Position numbers and translations under genes: made by a program. A stretch of 64,000 nucleotides of DNA from the sequence record PQ287642.1, one strand, 5' to 3'. Below, piece after piece: positions 28,017-37,814 of the stretch (position 1 is its first letter; each line of letters begins with the position of its first letter). The notes beneath the pieces were generated by a model, which had not been told where the DNA came from, did no database searches, and saw only the letters and a program-made list of their open reading frames with translations.

Positions 28017-29138
28017 CTACTTAATATTGGAACGACATACATTAAGAACAGCGTTAAGATTACGCCCGGCAAGAGCCAAGATACCCAAGTAAGGATTAGC
28101 AAGCCAATCAATGTAGCGCTCAAGTACTTCAACAAACTGACGTAGAATTGCTTCATCTGCGCCCTCAACTTGATCATTGACAATCTGATTACGAATACCT
28201 TTGACAATATTCAACATTGATCGAATACGTTCTTTCCGACGATGACGGATACTCATACCACTTGCACGGTTAAACATCTCGGCCATCTTCTCTACTTGGC
28301 GCAATACAGTAATCTGTACAGGTCCAGAGAAATGTTGAAATTTAATTAAATCTGGAAGGGGCAAAGGATCACGTTCAGAGTTATCTAGTTTAACACTGAT
28401 ACCCAACATTCGATCTATACCAGTTGCTTCTGGCGATTTGTCAAGAACTACGACCTGATAATTACCCATCAGGTGAAGAGACTCATGCCGATATCCACGA
28501 TGACTATAAAGTGGATTAGAAGAAACCATTTTAACCGGGTTGGATAACATGATTGTTTCAACGAGTTTATTTAATTCCTCAGCGGTTGTAATGCGCTGTG
28601 GGATATGGAATGCTGCACGAATAAGTTCTTCATTATTGTAATCAAAGAACTGTTTCCCAATTTGCTCAAGGTTCTTTAGGTTTGCAATCAATCCCTGTAC
28701 TTCATTGATGGCTTTATAACGAACACAAAGATTTTGAATTCGAGTAGTCACATCAAAGGTCGGTTCCTTTGAACGGCGTGCAGTAGTACGTGTTAACGTA
28801 TTAAGTTCTTCTACTCGAAGAAGAATATTGTCAAATGCTAGAGATAAAGCTAGACTACCATCGAACATATCTTCCATAATTCGATTTAGAAATGCAATGA
28901 CTTTATCAAGAATACCTACAACGGTTCCTTTGAAATCTTCACAACCGAGATCTAGTAGATGTGATTCTCTTTCAAACATTGGATAATTTTCGAAACCACC
29001 AATTAGATCAAGAATACGATTAGCAGTAACTTCATCTTTCTCAAGTAGTGCACTCAGTGCCGCAGGGGAGTCATCGAATACGACGATTTCCTCGGGTGGA
29101 TTAGATTCCACATCTAGGGGAATATTTTCTGTTTCCAT
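28017..29138 (-). CDS. Inner-body-associated head protein (paralog family)
   Basis: LGCEDFKGTVVGILDKVIAF processing-site pattern. Confidence 0.75.
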   Translation of the reverse strand: METENIPLDVESNPPEEIVVFDDSPAALSALLEKDEVTANRILDLIGGFENYPMFERESHLLDLGCEDFKGTVVGILDKVIAFLNRIMEDMFDGSLALSLAFDNILLRVEELNTLTRTTARRSKEPTFDVTTRIQNLCVRYKAINEVQGLIANLKNLEQIGKQFFDYNNEELIRAAFHIPQRITTAEELNKLVETIMLSNPVKMVSSNPLYSHRGYRHESLHLMGNYQVVVLDKSPEATGIDRMLGISVKLDNSERDPLPLPDLIKFQHFSGPVQITVLRQVEKMAEMFNRASGMSIRHRRKERIRSMLNIVKGIRNQIVNDQVEGADEAILRQFVEVLERYIDWLANPYLGILALAGRNLNAVLNVCRSNIK

Positions 29139-29151
29139 TGTTAACTCCTGA

Positions 29152-29186
29152 ACATAAGACGGGACTCCGAAGAGCCCCGTCTATGT
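29152..29186. terminator. Hairpin AGACGGGACTC-CGAA-GAGCCCCGTCT
   Basis: 11-bp stem with one mismatch. Confidence 0.75.
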
Positions 29187-29187
29187 C

Positions 29188-30621
29188 TTAGTCTTTAGCC
29201 GGCTCTTTATGCAGCTTAGCTTCTTGAATATAAACAGAAGCGTATGCAACAACAGTACGGGTTACATACCGGATGATTTCACGAGAACGCGGGTTGGATT
29301 CACGAATCAGTTCCAGTGCAGTCTGAGTTACTTTTCGAGCAGCAGCTTTAGATGCATCGTCGAGATCTTCATTGTTAAGCTGATCTTCGATTTTACTAAC
29401 TGCTTTCTTAAGGGCTTCAGCACCTTCTTTGATCTTAACGTGTTCATCGCGAGCTGCTTTCAGAATCTCGATGATATCGCGAAGGCGTTTCGTATTGGTA
29501 CGCAGAGTACTTGGACTGGATACTTTAACTTCAAATTCCGCCGGTGCTTCTTTGGCAGAAGTGGCTGGACCAATACCGTAAACGATACCGTCTGCTTGAA
29601 GTTCAACACGCATGTTACCAGGGAAGATATCGTAGTTTGCACCGTAGATGTCATCAAGAGGAGCGGTAGCTTTGTACAATTTCTCCGACATCTCTTCGCC
29701 ATCACCTTTAACTACGTTATAACCGCTAATAAGTTTAGCAAGGTTCTCGTAGTATTTCTTAACAGCGGCCGGGTATACGTAAGCCGAGAAATGAGCTAGA
29801 CCACTGAGAACTTTGGTATCACCAAGTTTGGATTTACCATTCGCAAAGACAGGTGCCGGATTGTTAAGAACAAAGGTCTTACCTGTACCGGTCCAGAGAT
29901 TACCACCAGAAGCAAGAATCTCTTCGAGTTGAGTGACAACTTTATCTGCTTTGGAGATACCGTTCATCAGATTATCGATACCACCAATAATGGCGTCAAT
30001 GATCTTCTCGATGATTTCTTTCAGTTTCTCAAATGCCTTGTTGGCGTATTCTTTAATATCTTCTACAGAAATTTCTGCACGAAGAATATCAGAACGTTCG
30101 CCGGCATTATAGTTTTCAAGTCCTGTGGATACCTGATTAGTACCAAGAACACGTTCAGCTTGTTTAATACCAACTCGAAGGAATGCTGCCGTCTGTTGAG
30201 AAATCTCCCCACGAGCTTGACGCAGTAGACCAGAATACGCTTCAAGGGCATGTTGCGTTTCAATCAGTTCATCTGCACGTTGTTCAAGGATTTCTTTTTC
30301 AACGTGAGCATGCGATACAGCATCGATTTCACCAACAGCTTCAGTAACGTCAACTGGACCTTCGATAGGAGCAAACTCAGCAGGTACTTCAACCGGCTCG
30401 GTTTCTACAACAGTATCGGTACCAACTGCACCAATTTCGGGTACAGGTGTCGGAACGGGTAATTCAACAGGAGCCTCATCGACCACATTGGTCGGTGCTT
30501 CGATGACTTCTACTTCTTGTGTTTCCAAAGGAGCTTCTGCAACAGCAGCAACTTCTGGAGTAATCGGTTCTTCTTTGAATTCTTCTAGAGAACCGACGTA
30601 TTTATGAATGGATCGTAGCAT
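29188..30621 (-). CDS. Inner-body/ejection head protein paralog
   Basis: Acidic propeptide, HALEAYSGLLRQA...STGLENY...ISVEDIKE. Confidence 0.8.
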   Translation of the reverse strand: MLRSIHKYVGSLEEFKEEPITPEVAAVAEAPLETQEVEVIEAPTNVVDEAPVELPVPTPVPEIGAVGTDTVVETEPVEVPAEFAPIEGPVDVTEAVGEIDAVSHAHVEKEILEQRADELIETQHALEAYSGLLRQARGEISQQTAAFLRVGIKQAERVLGTNQVSTGLENYNAGERSDILRAEISVEDIKEYANKAFEKLKEIIEKIIDAIIGGIDNLMNGISKADKVVTQLEEILASGGNLWTGTGKTFVLNNPAPVFANGKSKLGDTKVLSGLAHFSAYVYPAAVKKYYENLAKLISGYNVVKGDGEEMSEKLYKATAPLDDIYGANYDIFPGNMRVELQADGIVYGIGPATSAKEAPAEFEVKVSSPSTLRTNTKRLRDIIEILKAARDEHVKIKEGAEALKKAVSKIEDQLNNEDLDDASKAAARKVTQTALELIRESNPRSREIIRYVTRTVVAYASVYIQEAKLHKEPAKD

Positions 30622-30681
30622 TACATTTTCCTCGGAGGAGAATCATCGCGCGATGATGATTGTTAATAACCATAGAATTGG

Positions 30682-31842
30682 TTAAGAGGTCGCACTGAGC
30701 TCTAATTCACACACTTTATTTCGAATGTTAGTGATAGCATTAATACGTGCAACAATTGGACCATAGTTCGGCCGTAATTTCGGAATAAGATCCATTACAA
30801 TACTAGACACTCGATCTAGAGCATCCCGAGATCTTTTCCATACTGTCTCACCACGACGATCTTCCAATGCAATAAGATCTTTGGTTAGACATTTCATTTG
30901 CTCAAGTACCTTAGCTTCCTCTTTAAAGAGTTCACCAAGGCTATTTGTAACGACCAGATTCTGTTTAAGAGTCTTTTGGATTTCCAATCGACTGCGCACT
31001 GGATGTTCATATGTTTCTGGCCCGCTGGTCATATCCTCATCATGGATGACCATTGGTAGAAGAGATACGTCACGGAAATGGATAACATAGTTACCCGGTA
31101 GAACAACATCTTTGAGCGGATGAATAATACTGGTATGCTTACCAATGAATTCCGAGTTCGCTTCAAATGTCGTGATATCACCAGTTTCTACATCGTAACT
31201 CTTAAGGGACTTACATAGCCGATTAATATTATCGACAAGGTACTTCGGGTAAGTATTAATGAAGAACTTCATTACAGTGGTTTCAGCTTTGAAATCATCC
31301 AGGCAGAACTCAGAGCCTGCAAAAAGCTTGGAAGCTCCATTAACAGTGATAGTTGTACCGTTGTCATGGAATTCCATACTGGCTTTCTTATTGCTGCTCT
31401 GTTGGGCTAACTTAAGAAGCTCTTCTGTTTTCTTTTCAGTTGAGCCGATACCAGAGATAACACGTTGCGCGAGTAGTTTAGCTTCATCGATTATCTTTTC
31501 GATGAGCTCAAGGATTTTTCTACCCACCTCTTTTAAACGATCAACTAGTGACTCTTGTGAAATAGTTGGATCAGTAAGAAGTGCTTCAATTGATACACGT
31601 TCTTGTTTACCAAGAATACGGTCTATATGCTCAAGACCAATAGCCATGAACTTACGAGTTTGTAAACTTAGGCCATCTCGACCTGCATCAGTTAATTGAT
31701 CAAGATAAGCTTCAATAGCGATATGGGCTTCAAACAAATCTTTGAATTCTTGTTCATGATCATTGACGATCATATCCGGAAGTTCTTCCTGAGGACTATC
31801 TTTTAATTGCGGGCGATTTGCTGGATTCTGACGAGTGTCCAT
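30682..31842 (-). CDS. Inner-body/ejection head protein paralog
   Basis: AIEAYLDQL...VSIEA...ISQESLVDRLKE. Confidence 0.8.
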   Translation of the reverse strand: MDTRQNPANRPQLKDSPQEELPDMIVNDHEQEFKDLFEAHIAIEAYLDQLTDAGRDGLSLQTRKFMAIGLEHIDRILGKQERVSIEALLTDPTISQESLVDRLKEVGRKILELIEKIIDEAKLLAQRVISGIGSTEKKTEELLKLAQQSSNKKASMEFHDNGTTITVNGASKLFAGSEFCLDDFKAETTVMKFFINTYPKYLVDNINRLCKSLKSYDVETGDITTFEANSEFIGKHTSIIHPLKDVVLPGNYVIHFRDVSLLPMVIHDEDMTSGPETYEHPVRSRLEIQKTLKQNLVVTNSLGELFKEEAKVLEQMKCLTKDLIALEDRRGETVWKRSRDALDRVSSIVMDLIPKLRPNYGPIVARINAITNIRNKVCELELSATS

Positions 31843-31885
31843 TTTGATTTCTCGTTATGTTAAACATAGAATTTGGCATAGCAGT

Positions 31886-31915
31886 CATAAAGCCCTCCAT
31901 AGGGAGGGCATTTAT
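31886..31915. terminator. Hairpin GCCCTCC-ATAG-GGAGGGC with TTTATG on both sides
   Basis: Family member. Confidence 0.75.
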
Positions 31916-31916
31916 G

Positions 31917-33179
31917 TTAGTACTTAGTTAGCTCGTGTTTAGCGATAGCTAGTTTCGCAAAAACAGAGGTAACAATCTGACGTTCAACTTGAGCAAGAAC
32001 ATCGAGAGAACGGATCTTAGTGATTAGACTTGTGATGGCACCAAATACAGCTGGGTCATCCAGCTCAGTCACTAGTTTTGCACCGAGGGAGTCCGATAGC
32101 TGTTGAAGTTCACCATTGTGCCGATTTACAGATGCATCATCGGTCATGACAGCTAGAACAGTTTCACATTCCTGAGCAAATTTAGTGATAGCACTTGCTG
32201 GACGGAGATCAACCTCAATAGGTCCATTCGAGTCAGTACCCTGAATAATCTTAAAGCCTAGGTTTTCCATATCCCACGAAAGACGGATACTACCGGGTAG
32301 GAAATCTTGACCGATAGAGGCTTGAACAACTTTTGTCATTTCACTGTGGGTGTGATCTAGAACACTTTCAATATATTCAGAAGCATCGCCTTTACCAACA
32401 TTATCTTTGGCAAATTTCATCACGGACATTAGTGCTTTGGGAAGACGATCGTAGAGGAATACAGCGTAAGCCTTTTCAGTTGCGATGGTGTCGTATGTGT
32501 TCTCTCCATCGGCAACAATGTTAGTGGTATCTTCAATACGAATCTTCTTAGATTCTTCGTCGATATCACCTTTACGCTCTTTAATCTCAGCAGCTTTCTT
32601 CTTAAGATCTTCCGAAACATTTTCTGGAACAGAGCCACGCATCTTACCGCCAGGATAAGCAGGGAAGGCACGAGAAGCAGCAATTAGTTGTTGTGCTGCC
32701 TTTTGTGTTTTAACTTTAGGACCAGCCAGTTTTTGGTAAATCGCCTTCGCTCGTTCAATCAGCCTAGCAATGAACTCTACAATGCGCTTACCAAGCTCTT
32801 TAACGCGCTCTTTGACATCTTCCATGGAAACAGTAGTGGTTTGTAGTCCATCGCGCATAGTGCACGTTTTAAAGCCTTCCAGGCTAAGTGCTTCTCGTTT
32901 GATATTGAGCCGCGCATCAATCTGTTTCATGCCAATTCGCATCATTGCAGCAGATTGTTTAGTGATACCTTTGTCACCAGCTTGTTTAAGGAGTTGAGAA
33001 TAAGCTTCTAGAGATTCAGCGACACCTTCGAGGTCTTCGGATTCTACAACTTCTTGTTCAGCTACATCGTTTTGGAAATCAGATACGTCTTCAATCTCTA
33101 CCTGGATATCTTCCGCTGGTTCGATGATTGTTTCAGCAGGTTCTGTATTTACAGTACAGGGCATTTCAGTGTCAAGCAT
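31917..33179 (-). CDS. Inner-body/ejection head protein paralog
   Basis: SLEAYSQLLKQA...LSLEGF...VSMEDVKE. Confidence 0.8.
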   Translation of the reverse strand: MLDTEMPCTVNTEPAETIIEPAEDIQVEIEDVSDFQNDVAEQEVVESEDLEGVAESLEAYSQLLKQAGDKGITKQSAAMMRIGMKQIDARLNIKREALSLEGFKTCTMRDGLQTTTVSMEDVKERVKELGKRIVEFIARLIERAKAIYQKLAGPKVKTQKAAQQLIAASRAFPAYPGGKMRGSVPENVSEDLKKKAAEIKERKGDIDEESKKIRIEDTTNIVADGENTYDTIATEKAYAVFLYDRLPKALMSVMKFAKDNVGKGDASEYIESVLDHTHSEMTKVVQASIGQDFLPGSIRLSWDMENLGFKIIQGTDSNGPIEVDLRPASAITKFAQECETVLAVMTDDASVNRHNGELQQLSDSLGAKLVTELDDPAVFGAITSLITKIRSLDVLAQVERQIVTSVFAKLAIAKHELTKY

Positions 33180-33209
33180 GTTAGCCTCGAAATAGAATTA
33201 GTTTACATA

Positions 33210-33232
33210 GCATAAAGGGAGCCGAAGCTCCC
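33210..33232 (-). terminator. Hairpin GGGAGC-CGAA-GCTCCC + TTTATGCTATG
   Basis: Family member. Confidence 0.75.
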
Positions 33233-33238
33233 CATGCT

Positions 33239-35893
33239 TTAACGGGTGGAAGCATCCATCCAGTTGATTAGACCGCGGATGTAAGTGAAATAGAATTCCC
33301 ACTGACCACCGCCTTCTTTGAAGAATGTGGCTTCGCCATCATCAGCGAATTCAGCAATCTTACTGGCAAGCTTAACACACCATTTCTGGTCTTCACCTTT
33401 AGTGTACGTAGCAATGTTACGGATAACGTCCGTGTACTTACCGGAACCTTCCATGTGCGCTGGAATAAATCGACCAAATAGACCGTACTCATTCTCAACG
33501 TTGAAAGTATCCCACCACTCTTTGCCCATAGATGTTTTCCAATAGCCAGTGATATAATCAATAGCTTTAATGATCTCATCTGCGGCTGAGGCCACCTGTT
33601 CTGGAGTCATTGCAGGAAGAGTAACGTCTACGTAAGAATGTGCCATACCACTGTTATATTTAACGGGTTTGAACTTATTCTTATCAAAGCTTGGCATGCC
33701 GTCGTACATTTTCTGAGTCTTCTCAGGATGGTTACGATATTCCATCTTGATCAGGAAGTCAGTATATGGCTTAACGGAGTTAGCAGCTCGGGTAAACACA
33801 GCTGCGTTACCACGGGCCGCCTGGTTAAGTTGACCAACTGCCTTAGCGATTACTTGTTTGAAGTTATCCCCAAGAGAAGGATCTCCTTTGAACTTAATAT
33901 CGCCTTCAATGAAACGACGATTCTTCAGCCAATTCGGATCACCAAACGTTTTAGAGATCTTGCTCTTAACCGCATTGTACTGCTCTGGCTTAAGATCTTC
34001 TTTACGCCCATGAATCATAGCGTTGAAGAAGTGACCGATTTCGGTAAAGAGGCCTTCATTAGAGAATACGAACGGATCGTGAGACTCCATGCCAGCACCT
34101 TGCACTTTAAGGTTCTCAAGGCATGCTTCAAGATACATGGCTTTACCAGAAGACGTATAAGTAACAAGAGCAGTTACCATCTGGAGATTCATCTCTTTGA
34201 TCATCTCTGCTACAGCTGTAACGTAAAGTTGTTGTAGCTCTTGAACATAACGTTCATCACCACCAGTACGTGCAGCTTTAATTGCTTCTTGTGACTTAGT
34301 ACGAGCAGAATCTACAATTCGAGAAATACGGTCAGACTTACCTGCATTCTGATAGAACTTCTGAAGTGACTTCAAAGCTTTCTCGATATCAGTACGAGAA
34401 AGAGCATCTAGTTCTTCACCTGCATGTTCATCTTCACCACGCTCAAGAATAAGGGCATGGCCTTCTCGGATGATTTTACCGCCACCTGGAAGATCTTTCT
34501 CAACGTGATCACGGTTCTGACTCAGACGTGTTTCAATAACATTTCTGAACTCGTTCACACCATCACTAGTCGCTTCCATCTTAGCAAGTTGTTGACCAAG
34601 GAATACAACGTTAGACTGCATTGCCATGGCAGCAGATACAGCTAGATCAATAACAGCTACTTCTGCACTTGTATCAGTGCCAACGAATTTACCGCCAGCA
34701 TAGAAGAACTTAGCTTTCGATACTTTAATCTTTTCGTTTTCAGGAATCGCGTTGCGCGGTACATCACTGATCTGAGAAAGCAGCTTGTCTACTTTAGCTT
34801 CAGATTGTTTACGCTTTAGATCAAAGTTCTTAATGTATTCGATCAGCTTGGCGAGAAGTTCTTGAATCTTTTTGTAGACTGCCCCACCGATCTGCTTCAT
34901 TCGTCCAGTGATAGTCTCATCATCAATATCGACAGATTCCATTGCCGAACGAGGAGTAGTATCGAATGCCTCAAGTCCTGTTGCTTTGACCTTGAGATTA
35001 AAAGTCCGATCAATATGAACAAGACCTTTATGAAGTACTGCGGCAGATTGCTTAGATACACGACCAGTCTTAACGACATCGTGATAAGCTTCTAGAGCAG
35101 TCTGTGCTGTATGCAACTGATCGATACTATTCGCCACTTGACCGATGCGATCATGTGCCAACATAGTTTCTTCACACATACCCACATCAGAAGGTTCCAT
35201 TACTTCAACAGGCTTATCTTCTTCAACGGGATGAGCTAGAGGTTCCCCGTCAACGTTTTCTGTCGAGGGTTTCTCTTCTTCCTGGGTCTCGCTTTCCTCA
35301 ATCTCTTCGATGGGGTTAGCTGCTGCTTCATGGGCTTCTACCTGTTCATGTACGGTGGGTTCAACCACTGACTCACTCTCGGCTTCCGTTTCAGAAGTAG
35401 CTTCTTCCATAGTCTCACTAGGAGAGGCTGGATTAACGATAGGTTCAGGAGTAGCGTTTTCTTCAACTACTTCTTCAACTTGTTCAGTTTCACTTACAAC
35501 CTGTTCCGTGGACTCATTGGTACCCTCAGGAGTGATTGCAGGTTCATCACTATTTTCTCGGACAACTTCAGATTCTGCTCTCTGTGTTTCGATATTAGGT
35601 TTCTCACCAGTACCATCCCACAAAGGTTCATGCGCATCGCCAAAATCTTCGTGGCCATAAATACCTTGACGCGTGACCCATTCACCTTTAACGAATACCC
35701 AGTCAACACCGTTAACGTGATAAACAGCACCTTCTTCTGGATTTTCTGGTAGATCTTTGGTAGTGGTCAAGGCTTTTACAGAAGTATCAACTGTATCAAC
35801 TGGTACTTCGCGAGCTACGCCATCAGCAATAGCTTCGTTTGAGGAGGTGGCTTTACCACCACCAAGATGTTTGTTCAGATTGTGAATAGTCAT
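33239..35893 (-). CDS. Large inner-body paralog with two folded modules (start revised to MTIHNLNKHL)
   Basis: ALEAYHDVV...ATGLEAF...SAMES, then a second site cluster GAGMES...FSNEGL; the track start crosses a terminator. Confidence 0.78.
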   Translation of the reverse strand: MTIHNLNKHLGGGKATSSNEAIADGVAREVPVDTVDTSVKALTTTKDLPENPEEGAVYHVNGVDWVFVKGEWVTRQGIYGHEDFGDAHEPLWDGTGEKPNIETQRAESEVVRENSDEPAITPEGTNESTEQVVSETEQVEEVVEENATPEPIVNPASPSETMEEATSETEAESESVVEPTVHEQVEAHEAAANPIEEIEESETQEEEKPSTENVDGEPLAHPVEEDKPVEVMEPSDVGMCEETMLAHDRIGQVANSIDQLHTAQTALEAYHDVVKTGRVSKQSAAVLHKGLVHIDRTFNLKVKATGLEAFDTTPRSAMESVDIDDETITGRMKQIGGAVYKKIQELLAKLIEYIKNFDLKRKQSEAKVDKLLSQISDVPRNAIPENEKIKVSKAKFFYAGGKFVGTDTSAEVAVIDLAVSAAMAMQSNVVFLGQQLAKMEATSDGVNEFRNVIETRLSQNRDHVEKDLPGGGKIIREGHALILERGEDEHAGEELDALSRTDIEKALKSLQKFYQNAGKSDRISRIVDSARTKSQEAIKAARTGGDERYVQELQQLYVTAVAEMIKEMNLQMVTALVTYTSSGKAMYLEACLENLKVQGAGMESHDPFVFSNEGLFTEIGHFFNAMIHGRKEDLKPEQYNAVKSKISKTFGDPNWLKNRRFIEGDIKFKGDPSLGDNFKQVIAKAVGQLNQAARGNAAVFTRAANSVKPYTDFLIKMEYRNHPEKTQKMYDGMPSFDKNKFKPVKYNSGMAHSYVDVTLPAMTPEQVASAADEIIKAIDYITGYWKTSMGKEWWDTFNVENEYGLFGRFIPAHMEGSGKYTDVIRNIATYTKGEDQKWCVKLASKIAEFADDGEATFFKEGGGQWEFYFTYIRGLINWMDASTR

Positions 35894-35924
35894 TTCGATT
35901 CTCTGACATGTGAATAGATAACAT

Positions 35925-35958
35925 AGCATAAAGGGGAACCGTGTGGTTCCCCAATATG
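35925..35958. terminator. Hairpin GGGGAACC-GTGT-GGTTCCCC + TTTATGCTATG
   Basis: Family member. Confidence 0.75.
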
Positions 35959-35961
35959 TCA

Positions 35962-37260
35962 TCAACCCAAACGCTTCTGTTCTTCTTCCGTAGGTTTGCG
36001 AAGAGGAGCCTGATACGCCTTAAGTTCAAGGTCGGCTACCATAGCCAAACCTGCAATTAAGCGAATCATACCAGCGAGAGTGTTGTTATAGTCAATGATC
36101 ATCCGCATGACATTATTAAGGATCATTGTTAGATCGTTAACGACATTAGATACGGATGGCCGGGCTTCATCTCTTTCCTCAGCGCCAGGTTTTTTACGAC
36201 CTTGACTTTGGCGAAGTTGTCCAGCTTTTACTCTAATCTTTTCAGCGGATTGTTCAAGTTTACGAAGTTGAGCAGAGATCTTTTGGTCATAGCCTTTGCG
36301 CGATTGTAAGCGTTTAGCTAACCCAAGTAGTACTCCTAAACGCTGACGAACAGCGTTTATATTCGACACTTCAACTTTGTTATCTTGCTCATTTAATGGT
36401 TTCTGTTCTGGTACAGTGTAATACTTAAAACGGAAGTCCCGAATGGAGTTTACCATAAACTGCCAATCTTTAAGTTGCTCAGTCTTAGTTTCACTCGGAC
36501 CAGAGAAATAAAGAGCCTTATTACCCTGAGTTAACTCAGAACGGAACAAAGTAGCATTGACTCTAAACCTGTCGTCTTGGTCGACTTCAATAGCCCCCTT
36601 CATCCAACGTTTCGCATTGAATATTTCAAACCGAATAGTGGAGTCATCTGTCCACTCTTGATCAAGGGTAAGATTATTGAATGTTTTGTCGATCGCAGTG
36701 AGATAAGGCATGAACACCTTATCATAGAAATCAATGGTGTTTTGTGTTTGTTCCAGAACAGGTCGAATATCCAATGGTTTAAACTCGCCATTGATATTAA
36801 ACTTCTTTGCCTTTCTCAGTTCAATCTCCGATTTAAATGGTTTAGTTCCATTTAAGTTCGAAGCCATCTCATAAAGCATAGTGATTCGTTCTACAGTACG
36901 ATCTATACCAGCCATCAGTACTTTAGCGTAGCCATATAGGTCACTATTCGCTCTCTTTATTTCTAACTTAGTACGTTCCCAAACCTGCCTGCTCGAATCA
37001 CTAATGTCTTCTGTAGAGACAACGTCAGTGAGACCGAATTTCTCAACAGCATAAGCTAACATCTCAGGACTGGCTGTGTCATAGTTAGACTGGATAAATG
37101 TATCGAGTCGCTCTATGGTTTCCATCCCCATCATTAACTTATCAAGTTTTTCAGCACAAGCATCGAACTCGTTGAATTCATCTTCAATCGAGACGGACAG
37201 ATCGACGGGTGTTACCCCGTCGACTGCGTTAGGTTGGGAATGGTTAACTGAGTCAACCAT
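35962..37260 (-). CDS. Head protein (SIE/STE processing sites; start revised to MVDSVNHS)
   Basis: AAGGAGGG SD before ATG 37260. Confidence 0.75.
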   Translation of the reverse strand: MVDSVNHSQPNAVDGVTPVDLSVSIEDEFNEFDACAEKLDKLMMGMETIERLDTFIQSNYDTASPEMLAYAVEKFGLTDVVSTEDISDSSRQVWERTKLEIKRANSDLYGYAKVLMAGIDRTVERITMLYEMASNLNGTKPFKSEIELRKAKKFNINGEFKPLDIRPVLEQTQNTIDFYDKVFMPYLTAIDKTFNNLTLDQEWTDDSTIRFEIFNAKRWMKGAIEVDQDDRFRVNATLFRSELTQGNKALYFSGPSETKTEQLKDWQFMVNSIRDFRFKYYTVPEQKPLNEQDNKVEVSNINAVRQRLGVLLGLAKRLQSRKGYDQKISAQLRKLEQSAEKIRVKAGQLRQSQGRKKPGAEERDEARPSVSNVVNDLTMILNNVMRMIIDYNNTLAGMIRLIAGLAMVADLELKAYQAPLRKPTEEEQKRLG

Positions 37261-37270
37261 GGACCCCTCC

Positions 37271-37804
37271 TTACTTATTGATTTTTTCAGGTACACTACC
37301 AAACAACATGTTCATTGTGTACATGAGATCATCGAAGCCACCTTTCTTCTTGAGCCATTCCTGAAGCATGTCGTTCTCGTTCGGAGAAAGATTGTAGCTT
37401 AGGAAAAGTTCAGCGATATCCCGACGATCTTCGATTAGTTGAACACCCGCTGGCGGTTCTGCTGTAAGTAGCATTGGCCATGCATGGATATTCACTCGAC
37501 GTTTACCTGTGGCAATAAACCGTACAGTATCTTGCAGGAATGCGTAATTGTGATCGGCAATCATGGCATTATTATCTTGATGGATAAACCAGTTATAGTT
37601 ACCCGAGAATTTAATAAGAGCGAGATCAATTACACGTTTACGGAATTCCCAATACACAGCGCGGCGAGGAAAGTTGGTATATTCAACCATAAGTTCAACA
37701 ACACGCGGATCACCTTGACGCATAGTGAAACGTTGTTGAGCTTTAGCTTGGCCGCCAGAATACTCACGATTAGCATCGAAAGGTTTGACTGCATTAGTAG
37801 GCAT
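37271..37804 (-). CDS. Conserved virion-block protein (start revised to MPTNAVK)
   Basis: AAGGAG SD before ATG 37804. Confidence 0.7.
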   Translation of the reverse strand: MPTNAVKPFDANREYSGGQAKAQQRFTMRQGDPRVVELMVEYTNFPRRAVYWEFRKRVIDLALIKFSGNYNWFIHQDNNAMIADHNYAFLQDTVRFIATGKRRVNIHAWPMLLTAEPPAGVQLIEDRRDIAELFLSYNLSPNENDMLQEWLKKKGGFDDLMYTMNMLFGSVPEKINK

Positions 37805-37814
37805 TGTCAACTCC

